From NCBI GenBank assembly GCA_965153285.1, contig OZ229114.1: a stretch of 64,000 nucleotides of DNA. One strand, 5' to 3'. Below the pieces are notes generated by a model. That model was not told where the DNA came from. It was given only the letters and a program-made list of their open reading frames with translations, and made no database searches. Made by a program: the position numbers and the translations under genes. Below are positions 11,933-26,356 of the stretch, piece by piece (the stretch's first letter is position 1; each line of letters starts with the position of its first letter). This DNA comes from Podarcis tiliguerta (Eukaryota).

Positions 11933-13368
11933 TTAAAGCGTGTTTGGGTGCAAAATGAGGATTCTGATCCTTGGGGTTGATAATAAAAAAGAGAGAGGAT
12001 TGTTATTCTTTCAGATCAATGAACAAGACTGCATATGGGGTACAATGGCATGGCTCTACTGGGGATGCCACCAATTCCACACCAGTTGTCAGTCAGGGAG
12101 GGGAATCTTTCTGGGAGATTGAACAAGGGTATGACATATTGTGGCAGGGTTTTAGGCCCATTTTGAAAATAACTGGAGGCCTCAGGCTTGAAAGATGACA
12201 GTATAACATGGCCTAAAGAGAGCCCCAGGCAAGCTCCAAGACTCTGCAGCAGTGAAGACTTAGCACCTTCCTTGCCCTGTACATGTCAGAAGCCTTCAGG
12301 CATGGAGAAGGAAATGTAAAAGCTAGGCCTCTTGTGCATGCTTGAAGTGAATGGTGGAATCCAAGGTCATTAAAAAATCATTTTTTATACCTCACTTTAT
12401 AAAACATATTTCTAATTTGTGGCTTTAAAAAAACACCACCAGTTAAAGCAACAAAATAACAAATATAAGCTATAAAAATAACAGAATCAAGCAAAACACT
12501 AGTTAAACAAAAAGGCGGCAGCAGCATCAGATTTCCTAGTCAATAAAAGTCTGGGTGAATGAATGCCTGAAGTTCAGTCCCAGTTCTGTGCCCAAAGTTC
12601 AGTCCCAGGGGAGAATGTTCTGAAGCTGGGGGGCCACCACCAAAAAGATCTTTAATGCAACTGCTCTATGCCTAACCTTTGAGAGAGGGGGAATCAAGGA
12701 AAGGACCTCTCATGGAGAGGTTTGCGTGGGACTGAGCAGGCGAACTTTTAACCCAATCTATTGTTTGTATAACACTGAGAAGTGAACTTAATTCATGTAC
12801 TGATTATGGCAGAAGCAATACATGAGAAAGGGTCATTCTTTCACACAATCTAAGTTGTGATGCCAACACAGTTTTGCTCCCCACCCAGGAGATTTGTCCT
12901 GAATGTTTGGTTTGCAATTAAATGCTAAAGTGGAAACAGAAGACGCTCCCATGTAGCCTTCTCCAAATGAATGTACGTAATCCCTTGTGATGACTTTGCC
13001 TTTGCAGGATATGGGACAGACAAGATGTGCTAATGTCTTCTGTGAATAGGAATGACAGCTGACTCATAAATCTAGCCCTTCTCAATGTGCCAATCCACAA
13101 GTTTCCAGTGCTGGAAACATTATCAAGAACATGCAAGATTAATTATTATTATTATTTATTAAAGTTTTCACAATACAGTAAAATTATATCTAGAACAAAT
13201 GAAATCTAAAAAGAAAAGAAAGAGAAACAATAGAAGAAAAGAGGGGAAGACAAAGGAAGAAGGGAAAGAGAGGGGAAAGACAATAGAAATAATAAAACAC
13301 ACACACACATACACATAACCCTCTATTCTAATTATACCCTAATCTTAAATCCACATACAAAGCACATG

Positions 13369-13771
13369 NNNNNNNNNNNNNNNNNNNNNNNNNNNNNNNN
13401 NNNNNNNNNNNNNNNNNNNNNNNNNNNNNNNNNNNNNNNNNNNNNNNNNNNNNNNNNNNNNNNNNNNNNNNNNNNNNNNNNNNNNNNNNNNNNNNNNNNN
13501 NNNNNNNNNNNNNNNNNNNNNNNNNNNNNNNNNNNNNNNNNNNNNNNNNNNNNNNNNNNNNNNNNNNNNNNNNNNNNNNNNNNNNNNNNNNNNNNNNNNN
13601 NNNNNNNNNNNNNNNNNNNNNNNNNNNNNNNNNNNNNNNNNNNNNNNNNNNNNNNNNNNNNNNNNNNNNNNNNNNNNNNNNNNNNNNNNNNNNNNNNNNN
13701 NNNNNNNNNNNNNNNNNNNNNNNNNNNNNNNNNNNNNNNNNNNNNNNNNNNNNNNNNNNNNNNNNNNNNNN
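13369..13771. other. Assembly gap (403 N)
   Basis: Run of n characters; ORFs spanning it are artefacts. Confidence 1.
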
Positions 13772-14157
13772 AGTGACAATGAGTCTCCAAGTTGTGACAT
13801 GTGAGGATGTGGATGAGGCAGCTGAAGGGCATGTCAGGACCCTTTGGTTGTTGAGAGTGGTGCATAAGTTGATCACACTGAGCACAACCATGTGTGGAAC
13901 AATCTTTCTGGCTGCACAGTTTCTGGTCCACAATTCCTAAGACCAAAGCAGCAGGGCATTTAGACCAGTTATCAGAGAACATGGAGGAAGCATGGCCTTT
14001 GAGGGAGGCAGTCAGATGAGAAATCCCTGTCTGAAAAGTGGCATGGCTTGACAGGAAAAGAATAAGAGTAAGTGGAAGGTGTGAATCCCTGTTCTCTGTT
14101 GCCTGACTGTATCATTGGATATGATAAGACGTTGTTACTTTATCATATGAACTTACA

Positions 14158-14476
14158 AAGCTGCCTTATTCAGAACCATTGGTCCATCCAGTTATGTCTA
14201 ATCTGGTGTCTACTCTGAGTGGTAGGCAGCTCCCCAGGGCCTGATGCAAGGAATTTTTCCAGTCCTGTTATCATTCATTCATGCATTCATTCATTCATTT
14301 ATATACTGTCCTTCATCCAACAACCAAAGTATAAAACCCCCCAAAACACAACATAATAACAAACAAAAAAACAACCCTCCCCACTTGCACATTGTTTAAA
14401 TTCTTTACCAGAGATGGCAAGGATTAAACCTGCGACCTTCTGAAGGTAAAGCCCTAGTTAAACTATGCCCATCCCT
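14158..14476 (-). mobile_element. Decayed tRNA-derived SINE (Squam2-like) interrupted by a (TCAT)n-tailed L2-like 3' end
   Basis: Both halves resemble the copy at 52543-52731; insert at ~14270-14400. Confidence 0.5.
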
Positions 14477-16407
14477 CAGTCAAATCATTATTAAAAAGTG
14501 AAAGCATTTAGAAGTTAACGGTCTCCAAATAACTAATAAGCTTGTAACAAGAAAGAAAGAAATATAAAGATTTAGGAAGTTAGTATAAACTTCCTAATGG
14601 CAACATTTATTGAGCAGTGAAATTATCGAGCAGTTGCCCAGGGAGATTTATGATTTATAAAATGGGTATAGATAAAATGTGTGTCAGGGTTTATTTAAGC
14701 ATATTGCATCCTGCTGCATACAGCTGAAAGCAGGAGGTTAAGACCCCTTAGTGCCCTTTTCAGGCTCTAATATGCTGCAAGGGATATATTATTTAGCATT
14801 AAGAAATGCATTTTTTCAGTACAAGGTACAAAGAATCTCACAGTACAGTCCAAATATTTACTGCACCAGTGAGAGAATACTTATGCTGATATATATAACC
14901 TGGCAATATATACACGTGTGTGTGTGCGTTTGTGTGTGTATTTCTCACCTGCCCACACATTCCTAAACGTTAATGAATTGTTGACTAAAAAGAACTTTTC
15001 AAAAATATGCTTTGAATGTTCTTTAAAGGCATTGTGTGTGTGTGTCTATGTGTGTGTGTTTGTGTGTGCAGCCTCTCTCTCAGCACACTTAGATGTTACA
15101 TTGACACCAGTGACATCAGTGAGCCTTACTGTGTTTGGGTTTATGGATCACACTGTCAGTGACCAAGAAATGTTAAATCCCATTTTAAAATGTGAGACTT
15201 AGCCACCAATCTGTATTAAGCCACTGGGATTTGTGATGTGCATTGAATGCTGATCCATGCTGTTCCCATCTCCTTACTGAGCAACAAGTTAAAAGCTCAA
15301 TCACCATATATCTGAATATACTTTCCCTCCAAAACAGCATCTGTGTCCTTGCCATGTGGCATGATTACACACACTTTCAAGTGGTTGGTTTTGGAGAAAG
15401 CCTTTGGTCTGTCTTACTGTTAAGATGCCTGTGACTAATCTAAGTCTCTTTTCTATCAATGAAACATTGGCCTTTCCCCTTCAATTCATAACACTCTAAG
15501 GCGTTTCTACTCATCCATGAGTAAATCCTTTCCACATATTGTTTGTTTGCTTGTTTTATTAAATGCTCTCCTCCTCCAAGCCTTGAGCTAGTATCTTGGA
15601 TATACTAGCAACTTGCAATCTGTGGTTTTTTCCTGCAGCACCCAAACCACTGATATGCAATGGAAATTAACGTAATTTGTGTTTCAGTAAGCAGCGGAGC
15701 ATGCTTAATTTCATTCTGACAACTGAAGAAGTTTCTGCAGTAGCTCAGAAAGACATGATATGGGTGTGGCAGGCCATATCTCAACCACCTGTGTCCCTTG
15801 CCACCAGGGGAAGAGAGACTTCTGTTCTCCCTTTCCCCATTTGAGACTCTTGCTGCCACCAGATAAAAAATCTATTCTTTACCAGTCTAAAGATTGACAA
15901 GGGGAATCTGTATCAGCAGTTGCCACACTGGACGTTGGGTAGATGAAAGGGATCTTGGCATCCTAGAAGTTTTGAAGCCTGGGAATGTATAAAGGTCTGT
16001 TCATAAGTAGCCCTACCTGGAGATGCTGGAGGTTGAAATGTAAGCCTAAAACACTAGACTTTAGTACTGAGCTACGGCCCTTCTCCATGCAATGCACTCC
16101 AATTCCAATTTCAGGGTTGGACTAGCAGAAACTACTCTGCTCAATGGGCCCAACATTTGCCAGTCCTCCTACCCAATGCCCCTGCAAAACTATAAACAGC
16201 AAGGGATATGACATGGACTCTGTAGTTATTAAGGGGGAGATCACAAAATTCAGCTGCCACACCTTTCATGAGTGGATGCACTTTCTGTTAGTGCAGAGCC
16301 ACTGTTGGGTACAACTCAGATGATTTAAATTTAAGCCTTGTTCAAAATATTGACCAATGGAAGGGAAATAAATAATTCCAAGCACTTTATCTCAGTTGTG
16401 TTATGAG

Positions 16408-16592
16408 CAGGGCTGCCAACTTGAATAGAATAGAATACTGCCCCACGTAACCAATCACATGACACTGTACACACACACACACACACACACACAATTTGAA
16501 TTGCAGTGCCTATCAACATTTGGGGGGCAGCCCCCTCCAATACCTTATTGGGGGGTTGAAGGGATCTCAACCTCTAGAAGTTGGCTCCTATG
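16408..16592 (+). mobile_element. hAT MITE (CAGGGNTGCCAACTTGAATA family) containing (CA)n
   Basis: Same family as 26559-26747 and 27748-27947; 6/8 TSD GTTATGAG/GTTATCAA. Confidence 0.75.
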
Positions 16593-17679
16593 GTTATCAA
16601 ATGGAATGAGAATTGGGGATTCTGGCCAGTTATGAGGGTTGATTCATTCATGCATGCATATTATCCAATTTCTCATCACTGAATTACTCAACATTTGATA
16701 ACGCACAACTGAACAGGAATCTATTGACAAGCACTGTGTTTGAGATGATGTGAGATGACATGGAAGTCCTAGCTGATGTTTGATCTGTGGTGCTCCATTC
16801 ACATATGCAAGCGCTGCAGCCATCAAGCATAAGCTAAAATTGAGTTTCAATGTGTCTATTTCCTTTCAAGCTTTAATACAAGGAATTTTGACAGGGGGCG
16901 ATTGCCTTCTAATCGTTCTCTTTCTCAGTTCTTCATTATGATGGTAAAAATGTCTGCTTTTGGAAATTCTCAGATTCACAGGGGTCCTAATTTATGCCAA
17001 GGTAAAAGCTATATTAACTATGAAGAAAAGACAATTGATACTATTTAATAAAATTATTGTTAGATGTTCAAGGAGTTTGCTGAGTCTTATAATTAATTTT
17101 AACATTTGTCTAATTTATTAAGCAATTTCAGGGAGAATGAAATAAAATAGAAATAGTGCTTGTTAAATGTGAGGCTGATGATAAATGCAGGTAATGGAGT
17201 GGGAGGGGGGACAGCACACTAGAAATTAATCACAGATTAAGAAGTCATCAAGAAAGGTACCAGTACTTGCCGTTATAAAGTCTTCCCCACCTCACTCAGA
17301 ATGTTAACCTATTTCACTATCCGTTTGGCCCAGAGTATATCCTTAACAGGTTGTTCCACTTGTGGGCATTCCATAGGCATCTGCCTGGCCACTGTGAAAA
17401 GAGAATGCTGAACTAGACATGCCATTGGCCTTATCCCATTAGACTCTTCTTATGTTGGGGGCGGGATTGCTCCATGCTCGCAGTGATATATATGAAGTGC
17501 GAGAAGTAAATAAATAACTTTGCCAAGAACATAAGCTGCATTTTGGAGAGGTGTACCAACACAACTCTTGTGAGGCTTAAATAGCCCCTCAATATCCATA
17601 TTTGGACCCACTGGATGATATTTATTGTTGCATTTCTACTCCTCCTCAACCTCTAAGCTGGTCAACAGCAACTGTCAAC

Positions 17680-18138
17680 CATAGGCTCCAGCTCCTAGGG
17701 GCTGAGGCACTTCCTCCACCATGTTCTTTTTGAGGGGGCTGGGCCACTTCAATGTTCAGAGAGCATTTAGCTCCACTCCCTGGCTCCTCGCAACATCAGG
17801 ACGTCGTGTGTTTGATGACTTTGCATGTGCACCATCAGAAGAAGAAGAAGAAAAGTTTGGATTTGATATCCCACTTTATCACTACCCTAAGGAGTCCCAA
17901 AGCGGCTAACATTCTCCTTTCCCTTCCTCCCCCACAACAAACTGTGAGGTGACTGGGGCTGAGAGACTTCAAAGAAGTGTGACTAGCCCAAGGTCACCCA
18001 GCAGCTGCATGTGGAGGAGCGGAGACGCAAACCTGGTTCCCCAGATTATGAATCTACCGCTCTTAACCACTACACTGCACTGGCTCTCAGGATGTCACAC
18101 CAAGCCCCCTCAATCCTATTGAGAAGCTGGTGCCTCTG
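17680..18138 (+). mobile_element. hAT MITE interrupted by a Squam3-like SINE
   Basis: Perfect 8-bp TSD CTGTCAAC; termini CATAGGCTCCAGCT / AGCTGGTGCCTCTG; same family as 36568-37209 (inverted). Confidence 0.85.
17837..18088 (-). mobile_element. Squam3-like SINE
   Basis: Reverse complement of GAGAGCCAGTG..GTGTAGTGGTTAAGAGCGGTAG...GATATCAAATCCAAAC(TTC)n. Confidence 0.93.
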
Positions 18139-21100
18139 CTGTCAACTCCAGCTTATCATATGATTACTGAATGCTTTACAGCCAACTGTAATCAGTAAAA
18201 ACAATAATAAAATATCAAATAGTAATGCTGTGAGCCTAGCCATGTCTGCTGTTGTTGTTTAGTTGTTTAGACATAAACCCTACTGAATTCAATGTGCTTA
18301 CTCCCAGGTAACTGGGATTAAGGCAGCTAAGAGGCACAAAATAAAGCAGCAACAACCAATCAGACATCTATTGAACTCTAGAGCGTCCTATTCCCCAAAT
18401 GAAGGAAAAAGCTTTAGCTTGCTTCCAGTGACCCTGTGAATGCATTAAAGAGAAGTGTCCACCATAGATGATTAAAACATATAGGAAAATAAGTAAAATT
18501 ACTTATTTGATGAAGCCATTATCAGGGCTGACAAGACGGAACTAAGCTGAGGAGCAGATGGACAAACAGTGAAATAAAGCAGCGAGTTAGACTCAGCCTG
18601 GAATAGGCAGCTTTAGAGGACCAAGGTGGAATGGTGATGGAGCCTTGTGCCAGCTGACCTACTGGGCTCTTGGCTACCATACTACCTGCTGGGCAGCCGC
18701 AGTGGAAAAATGTGGCAAACAGGCAAGCATCCTCCGGCAAGCTCTCACAGAAGCACAGCTAAGAAGCAGGCTGGATCCAGTGTTTGAGCAGTTGGGCATT
18801 GGGGCAATCCTTTGTTTTGGATAGAGGAGAGGTTGTAGTCTCCACCTGCCCCTCCAAACACTGGGGTATCCCATTAAAGGAATCTGGGGGGAGTGGCCAT
18901 GACTGTGTGCCCAGGCGGGGCCAAGGACAAAGGTACTCCCTCAAATGCCAGTCCCTCTGGGAGTCACCCTATTTGATGTAAGTCTTAGGAACCCCCATCT
19001 GGATTGACCATGCATCAGGCAGGCGGGGAGTATTTTGAATGCCCAATGCCCAAGCCAAACAACTTTCATCTGTATTCAATAAATGGGGAGCCTGTTTTGA
19101 CCCCCAATACCAGTCTCATTGGTCTCTTATTTGCATAGGTTTGGCTATGGGGAACCCAACGCCTGGTCCTACAACAAGTTTTAGAGTTATAGAGAAATAG
19201 GCCACAAACCAGACATGTATGCATATGTTCCCTAGTCTGCGCTTTCAATAAGCTAAAACACCTAAATTAGTTCTTTCAGTTCCTCCAAGTTAAAAAAAAT
19301 AGTTTGGAGATTTGACACAAGAGCTTTTCAAAAGGGCAGAGCTGCTGGTAATGTGCATGCAATACCCTAAATCAAATCATTACATGAAGTAAAGAAATGA
19401 GAACATGACCCCAGGAAAAAGTTATTATTTGAAAGCAGTTCAACCTAACACATTATTAGACTTTCTTCTCTGTGTCCCATGGCAACACCATTCATCAATG
19501 CTGCTGTCGAGACGAGCTCTCTTACACAGATGGAGATAAATGTTTAAATTTAGAAGATTGGGTCTCCTGCCGAGTTGGCACCAGTGGAACTGGTGCCAAA
19601 TACCTGCTCCCCATCTGGTCATGCAGGGAGATCAATGAAACTTAGAGAGAAGACACCCCTTAAAACCGGAGGCGAAAACAGTGGGGTGGAGAATTGGATT
19701 TGGAAATGATGCCAGCTTCCAAATGCCTAGTCCTCTTTCACCAATTACTGAAAAACAAATGATAGGCTAGCTCTGTGAATTGCACAGAGAAGCATCGTTA
19801 TGCATGGGAATTGTTTTTATTTATTCATAGCTGACTAGTTTCTCATTAAAGTCTTCTTTTACATCTCCAAAATGGCATTAGCTACTTGGTCACACAGAGG
19901 TTATTAAGGAACAGAGGTCTAAGTCATGAATATGATTGGTCTGCTCAAGGGTAATCAAAATCTTAAGTAAAAAAAAAGTCCAGAATACAAAAGTGTGCCC
20001 TCGAGGGTTATGTCTGCACTAGGCGCTTATTCTGGAACGGCCATGTTTTGCTCATTCAGTTTTTACAAAGCATTTACATGGCATCATCATCAGATCATAG
20101 TTCTTCCTGCACTTCACCTGTAGTTTCACTGACAGCAAAAAAATAGACTTTGGAGGAAGGATGGAACTAAAGCATAGTCTCCACAGGTGAAGATCATCTT
20201 AGTCATATTTTGCTGGCTTTAAAAGAGAGGTGGGGGTAGGGAGAGAAGTGCTTCTAGCCTGCACAGTGACATGTCAGGTGGGTGAGACTGTCACCATGCA
20301 TCTATTCTGGCACACCTCACTATTATCTTTCCACGTTGCTATTTTATCTTCATATTTATTTTAAATTTATCTTTACCTTTTTATTTTTTAAAAAAGAACT
20401 GATTGGAATTCTTTTTTTAAAAGACTTGTTTACTTGGGCATGAACTTTGGTAGACAACAGCTTACTTCACCAGATGCATAATGGCCTGTAAATAGACACA
20501 CTAATAATCAGAATAAAACAGACTACAATGCATACTCTAGCAGAGCCGTACATGAACTCAGCACTGGATGCAATTTACTGCCCTTCTTTGTTTCAGGCTT
20601 ACTTTGTTACATGTTGGAAATCACTTTAATCACTCTTCACGCCTGGTTAGTTAAGCTTGCCATAACTCTGCTTCAGCAATATTCTGTGATTTCCCAAAAA
20701 GGGAGTTAAATATATGTTGTTCAAACTTTTCTGATCTAGCTGGGGAGGGCAGAAGACTACATTTTCTCCTGCTCCCACTCCGCATCTTGACTCTGGCAGA
20801 CAATGACCTTGTACACTTATTACCCTATGTATTTCCACTGGGAACTGTCTGATTTCTTATGATAGATTTGGTCTGACACAAGTATTTCCCAGTTTTACAA
20901 GATGAAATTTATTTCTTCCATTGATATCCAACTTCGTTTGTTCCACCAGCCTCAGGCACAATATGCTATTGCCCAGACATGGTACTAAAATGGAATCGGT
21001 GGGCGGGAGGAGCCACATCCAAACATGCCCAGAGTTTTGAAGTACAACAACAATGCTGGCCTTAACTCCCCAGGTCAGTTTTAGAGGAGAAAGAACAATT

Positions 21101-21649
21101 CAGAGAAAATCCAATTGCCAGGTCACAAGAATACAGTGACCTTCTTTTGTCTGCTCAGCCTGCAGATAACCAACATGCAGGCTAGAACGGGAACTGCTAA
21201 TACAAATCTGTACCCCAAAGGATCTTCCTATAAAAATAATATTCCCACTAATTACACACAGGGAAGATTGATTTAACAGTTTCATTTGGAGAAGGGGAAA
21301 AACAAAACTATGGCAGTACTTTTTTAAAGACACAAGTGAAAAGTCTTCAGCTGTCAGAACTAACTAGGGCAACTTCCTCCCTGATTGTTAAGCATTCGGA
21401 TGATAAATTGAGGATTAAAGAATGAACAACTCAGGCCCTAGGCTGCTGTGGGGCAAGCTCTGGAGCATGCCACAACCCCAGGACTGTCCCAGTTAACCTA
21501 ACTCAGATGCCTGCAGTAGTTGCCCCATTGCTGCACTGCAAACTAGGCAAAGCCGCAGCGGCAAAGCAAAGAGAAGAGTGTTCATCACCCTGCAACAAAC
21601 ATGAGTCTCCCTTCTCTTGCCATGGGGAACTTCCAACACAGCACTTAAG

Positions 21650-21896
21650 CAGGGCCGGCCTCAGACATTTTGCTGCCTGAGGCAAATGACAAGATGGTGC
21701 CCTCCCCATTCCATGTACAGAAGATGAGTGGACTGGAAGTTGACTCTTATAATAGGATAGTTACACCTGAGGGCAGCAGGCCAGTTTAAGGAGGCATATG
21801 GCAGGCCTGTGGTACACATAGCTTTGATCTCCAACAGAAAGGAATCTGCCACCTGTAGCAAATGCTTCACTCTACCTAATGGTAGGGCCAGCTCTG
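21650..21896. mobile_element. hAT-like MITE
   Basis: Termini CAGGGCCGGC / GCCAGCTCTG; TSD CACTTAAG/CACTTATA, the right copy abutting the L2 tail; relatives near 29214-29630 and 44669-44930. Confidence 0.65.
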
Positions 21897-21901
21897 CACT
21901 T

Positions 21902-23025
21902 ATAATAATAATAATAACTTTTTTTATTTATATCCCGCCCTCCCCAGCCGAAGCCGGGCTCAGGGCAGCTAACAACAATAAAACAGTACAAAAGTACAGC
22001 ACAAACAACACTCTAAAATCATTCATTATAAAATTAATTAATTCAAGCCACTGGCAACCATTGGGCCAGAGCTCCGCAAAGATTGCTGAGGGAGGGAGTC
22101 AGGCTGTGCCCTGGCCAAAGGCCTGGTGGAACAGCTCTGTCTTGCAGGCCCTGCGGAAAGATGTTAAGTCCTGGCTCTAGTTGAGGCCAGCCTAACTTCT
22201 CTGTGACCTGGGACCTTCAAGATGTTTTTATTTGAAGACCGTAAGTTTCTCTGTGGGGCATACCAGGAGAGGCGGTCCCGTAGGTACGAGGGTCCTAGGC
22301 CGTATAGGGCTTTAAAGGTTAAAACCAGCACCTTAAACCTGATCCTGTACTCCACTGGGAGCCAGTGCAGCTGGTATAGCACCGGGTGAATGTGATCTCG
22401 CAGCGAAGACCCCATAAGGAGTCTCGCTGCAGCATTCTGCACCCGCTGGAGTTTCTGGGTCAGTCTCAAGGGCAGCCCCACATAGAGCGAGTTACAATAA
22501 TCCAGTCTGGAGGTGACTGTCACGTGGATCACAGTGGCTAGGTCAGGGCGAGAGAGGTAAGGAGCCAACTGCTTAGCTTGGCGGAGATGGAAAAATGCCG
22601 CCTTTGTTGTAGCTGCAATCTGCGCCTCCATGGAAAGGGAGGTATCAAAGATTACACCCAAACTCTTAACTGACAGTGCTGGCACTAATTGCACCCCCGC
22701 AAGAGATGGGAGTTGCCCCCCCCCCAATCCCATATCGTCCCGTCCCAGCCACAGGACCTCTGTCTTTGAAGGATTTAGCTTCAACCGGCTCCCATGTAAC
22801 CATCCAGCCACAGCTTCCAAACATCTGGTCAGTGTGTCTGGGGCCGAGTCAGGATGGCCATCCATCAACAGATAGAGTTGGGTGTCATCAGCATACTGAT
22901 GGCAACTCAGCCCAAAACACTCCGGACAAGCTGGGCGAGGGGGCGCATAAAGATGTTGAAAAGCATCGGGGAGAGTATCACACCCTGAGGTACTCCACAC
23001 ACCAAGGAGTGGCACGATGACAATT
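21902..23025 (-). mobile_element. L2-clade LINE, 5'-truncated, reverse transcriptase remnant
   Basis: GVPQGVILSPMLFN then a frameshift into HQYADDTQLY, LKLNPSKTE, SRLDYCNSL, QNAAARL, LHWLPV; internal deletion near 22170; 3' end with microsatellite tail. Confidence 0.97.
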
Positions 23026-25849
23026 CCCCCCCTGTAGTGTACGATAAAAGTGAACTACATACATCAGGCGATCTTTAGGACACACAGGAAGCTCCCTAAA
23101 CACTTCATTTCTGATATGTTACGCAATCACCTCTGACTTAATTGGTGTTAGACCTTCTTTATCTTTTCCATAGCATGGCTATACCCTTTTTAACATTCAG
23201 GACAAGATGTTCCAAATCCCACCAGCTGGACTTTAGTAAACTTCTACCAGCTGATTGGCTAGTATGGTTTCCTAGCGACGAAAGGCAACCGGGATGCATT
23301 CATAGCCTTGGACAAGATAAGCAGCTAAATAGTCTATTTGTGCCCAACAATGTGCTAATGCACTGGAAAACAGATACACTTCTAAAGGAATAGCCATCTT
23401 CAAGTGACAGCTCCTTGCCCATTGACCCTTGCCCAAATCGTTTTAATGCAAAATAATTTCCCATAGATCAGATCACTACAGAGTAACGAGACACGGATAT
23501 TTGAGAAAAATGCACACTCCACATGGAAGCATCTTGCTTACCTTTCTGAAGTTGGACAAACAAAACATATTGCAAACTACATACTGCAAACATAATGGGC
23601 CTTTAAAAAAGAAAATCAACATAAGGGGGGGAAAGCATGAGAATATCTGAACTATGCTGTATCACATAGCCAGGCCCAATAGTTTCTTGCACCCACCCTT
23701 TGTGTACCCAAGCTTACAAAGTATAGTTGATTGTGCTTTCATAAAACAAGCATATTGCCACTTAGTCAATTTGATGAATGGATGAACGCATCCATTTGCA
23801 TCTGAATCTTTGCAATGTTGTGGATTATTTATCCCACAGATTATGGGCATGTGTCCAAATAGCCAATTTGCCGCAATCCATCCATAAATAGGAAGAATCT
23901 TCATAGTAAGAAATTCATGCAATGGCACCATAATAAACATGGATATTCATTGAATGTTTGTTCGCTTCAGGTTAGCAGCATTTCTCTTGCATTTTAAACC
24001 ACTATTATGCACATTCCAAAGGGAGAATCATACTACGCAGGTAGCTCTGAAAACTGAAACGTTCTGTGTGTGTGGTTCCTAATATTGACACAAATATTCT
24101 TCTGCTCTGCTTATTTTTTATTGCTGGGTTGCTGTAAATATATTGACACATTACAGTGGTGAGTGGTATGTAAAAATTCCACCCTGTATTCATTTGGGTG
24201 GGGATTTCATGGTAAAGATCCATGCAATGGACCTTATCTATGTTGTTCCAGGCCTTTAAGGATTACAGCAGAACCATGGGCTGAACCCATGGAAAAAAAT
24301 ATGTACACACAACTACTGCAGAGCTGCCATCCATATGTACTCCCAAGAAAGTCCAAGAGGTGCCGGTAGAAAGAGCCACATCTAAGAAGCAGCAGAGAAG
24401 GTTTAGCAGTGGGATTCACAACATGGTACCAAAGGGTGCAAAGGTCCCCTTGAGGACTTCCCCTGAAGTCTGGGAGACCTGCTCTCTTTGTCACACACAC
24501 TGCTCTCTTTGTCAGGAGGTGGCAAGGAGGATGCAGAGCTGATGGAAGAGGGTGGAAGAGCTTTCAGTTCCACGTGCTTTTGGGCAGCTGAACAGAAGGT
24601 GGAGCAGCTGAAAGGGGACAGGAAGTGATATGAGAGGCTGGAGGTGTGGGTGGGAAAAGAGTGAATGTGTGAGACCTGGGGACAAAGTGTGAAGTGTGAA
24701 GTTACAGGAATCAGAGAAAGAAAATGCAACCACAAACACAAATTCTGAATCAGTAAAGTGGATCGTCTTGAAAACTGAATACTTTTTTCATTGGCCCCTT
24801 CTCCCCAACTGCCATCAAATCACAGGCCACATCTGTTTCCATGGACTGAGCTATAAAAAAAATATTGATCCAGAGCTTTCTATTACTGTCATAGCACAAA
24901 ACCATAGATTCAAGACACAGATTCTTATGGATTCTCAGATTTTTGCAAAATCACCATCAAACTATTGTCAGCTATGTGTCCAGAGATGTGATTTGTTGGT
25001 GGTTTTCTTATCACTGTTTGAAACAAAATCATGAAAATCTATGAGTATCCAGGCCTTGGATTAATGTTTTGTGGTACTGGAAAACACCAGACTTGTGCTA
25101 TTAATAGACATATTTTATTGTGTAGTCTATCAATGTGAACTTTGATTTGATGGTGGGTTTTGGGGGACGCTGTGTTAAATCATGAAAATTCAGGGTGATC
25201 CTAGCTGTTGGGGAGTGACGGGGCAGGGGGAAGCAATGAAATCTCTTGAAATTTCAATTGTGTCCATAAGGCTGATAAGTTCGGCAACCCCTGATTTAAG
25301 GGGGATATGGAATTTGTTAAATAAAATACTATAAATCTCCCAGACTTATTAATGATCTATGAAGGTAATTATCAACTATTATCTAAAGCAGGGACTATAT
25401 AAGTTTATTTTGCAGTCAGTTCAGCCCAATTTCATTTGACTGTTTCACTAGATGAAGTCATCACTCATCACTGACAAAACCTTATTCCATGCCCACTGCC
25501 TCTGCCATAGCCACAAAACATTTCTCACTTTCAGGGATCATAGCATCAGTTCCAAACCCTTATTATAATTTAGTTACTGCAGATCTTGCAATAAATCCAA
25601 GGATTGCCCTGGCTGGATCTGGTAGAAAGTAATACAGCAGAGCATTAATTTAATGCTCTGGTATCTGTGTCTCCCCCCTTCTTGCACTTCAAATGGGTGG
25701 AAAAACAAGTTGAGAAGAGGGTCAGTCTTGAATACAGCTGGCAGAAAAGGGGTTAAACAGCCCTCCCCAAGAGGCAGCTTGTTAAGGTGGCTACTTTTGC
25801 ATTACTGTCCCCCCCCCCCTTCCACAAAAGAAGACCAATGAGGTTTGAG

Positions 25850-25984
25850 TTGTGTTATTTTTCTAGAAAAAGAGGTGCTGAATCTCACCATGAATGACCT
25901 TGTTCTCTTGTAATGGCAATGGGGTCCACCTGAGAGGAGTCGGAACTGAGTTCCGTCAAGTTCCGGCTGGAAAAAAAAGCCCTG
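25850..25984 (-). mobile_element. hAT-like MITE (same family as 9930-10064)
   Basis: Reverse-complement homology; 6/8 TSD GGTTTGAG/GGCTTAAG. Confidence 0.7.
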
Positions 25985-26024
25985 GGCTTAAGTTGATTTA
26001 AGTGGATGCATATATAGAAATAAC

Positions 26025-26356
26025 CAGGGCCGTCTTTAGCATATGCACTGCCAGGGTACAAAGATCCGCCCAGTGCCCCCAAATTAACTTTTTTTGGGGG
26101 GGAAGCCAAAGTTGCTAACCTTTTTTAGGGGGGAAATTGCTCACCTATAACAAGGACACAGCTTTTGTTTCCTGACTTGTCGGGAATATTTGACGCAACG
26201 GAGTAACAGAGCAACGGAGTAGGGGGCTTTTCCATTGCTTTTCACTGCCGACAATTGAGAGGGACTGGTATACAGTAAGTATACATTTGGCGCCCCCCCA
26301 GAATTCGGCGCCTGGGTGCCCCACACCCCTTGAACCCCCAGGTAAAGACGGCCCTG
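26025..26356. mobile_element. hAT MITE
   Basis: TIR CAGGGCCGTCTTTA / TAAAGACGGCCCTG; 7/8 TSD GAAATAAC/GCAATAAC. Confidence 0.88.

Noticed and set aside
10314-13901. Peptide CSTHGC encoded at 10314-10331 (+) and 13884-13901 (-) with synonymous differences
   Set aside because: Many 6-aa matches are expected by chance among all six-frame pairs of 64 kb, and the flanks do not align convincingly.
13328-13982. Long ORFs of 136-216 aa in the track
   Set aside because: They are produced by translating through the N gap.
22164-23015. 283-aa ORF as a host gene or novel reverse transcriptase system
   Set aside because: It is a frameshifted, internally deleted, 5'-truncated L2 LINE ORF2.
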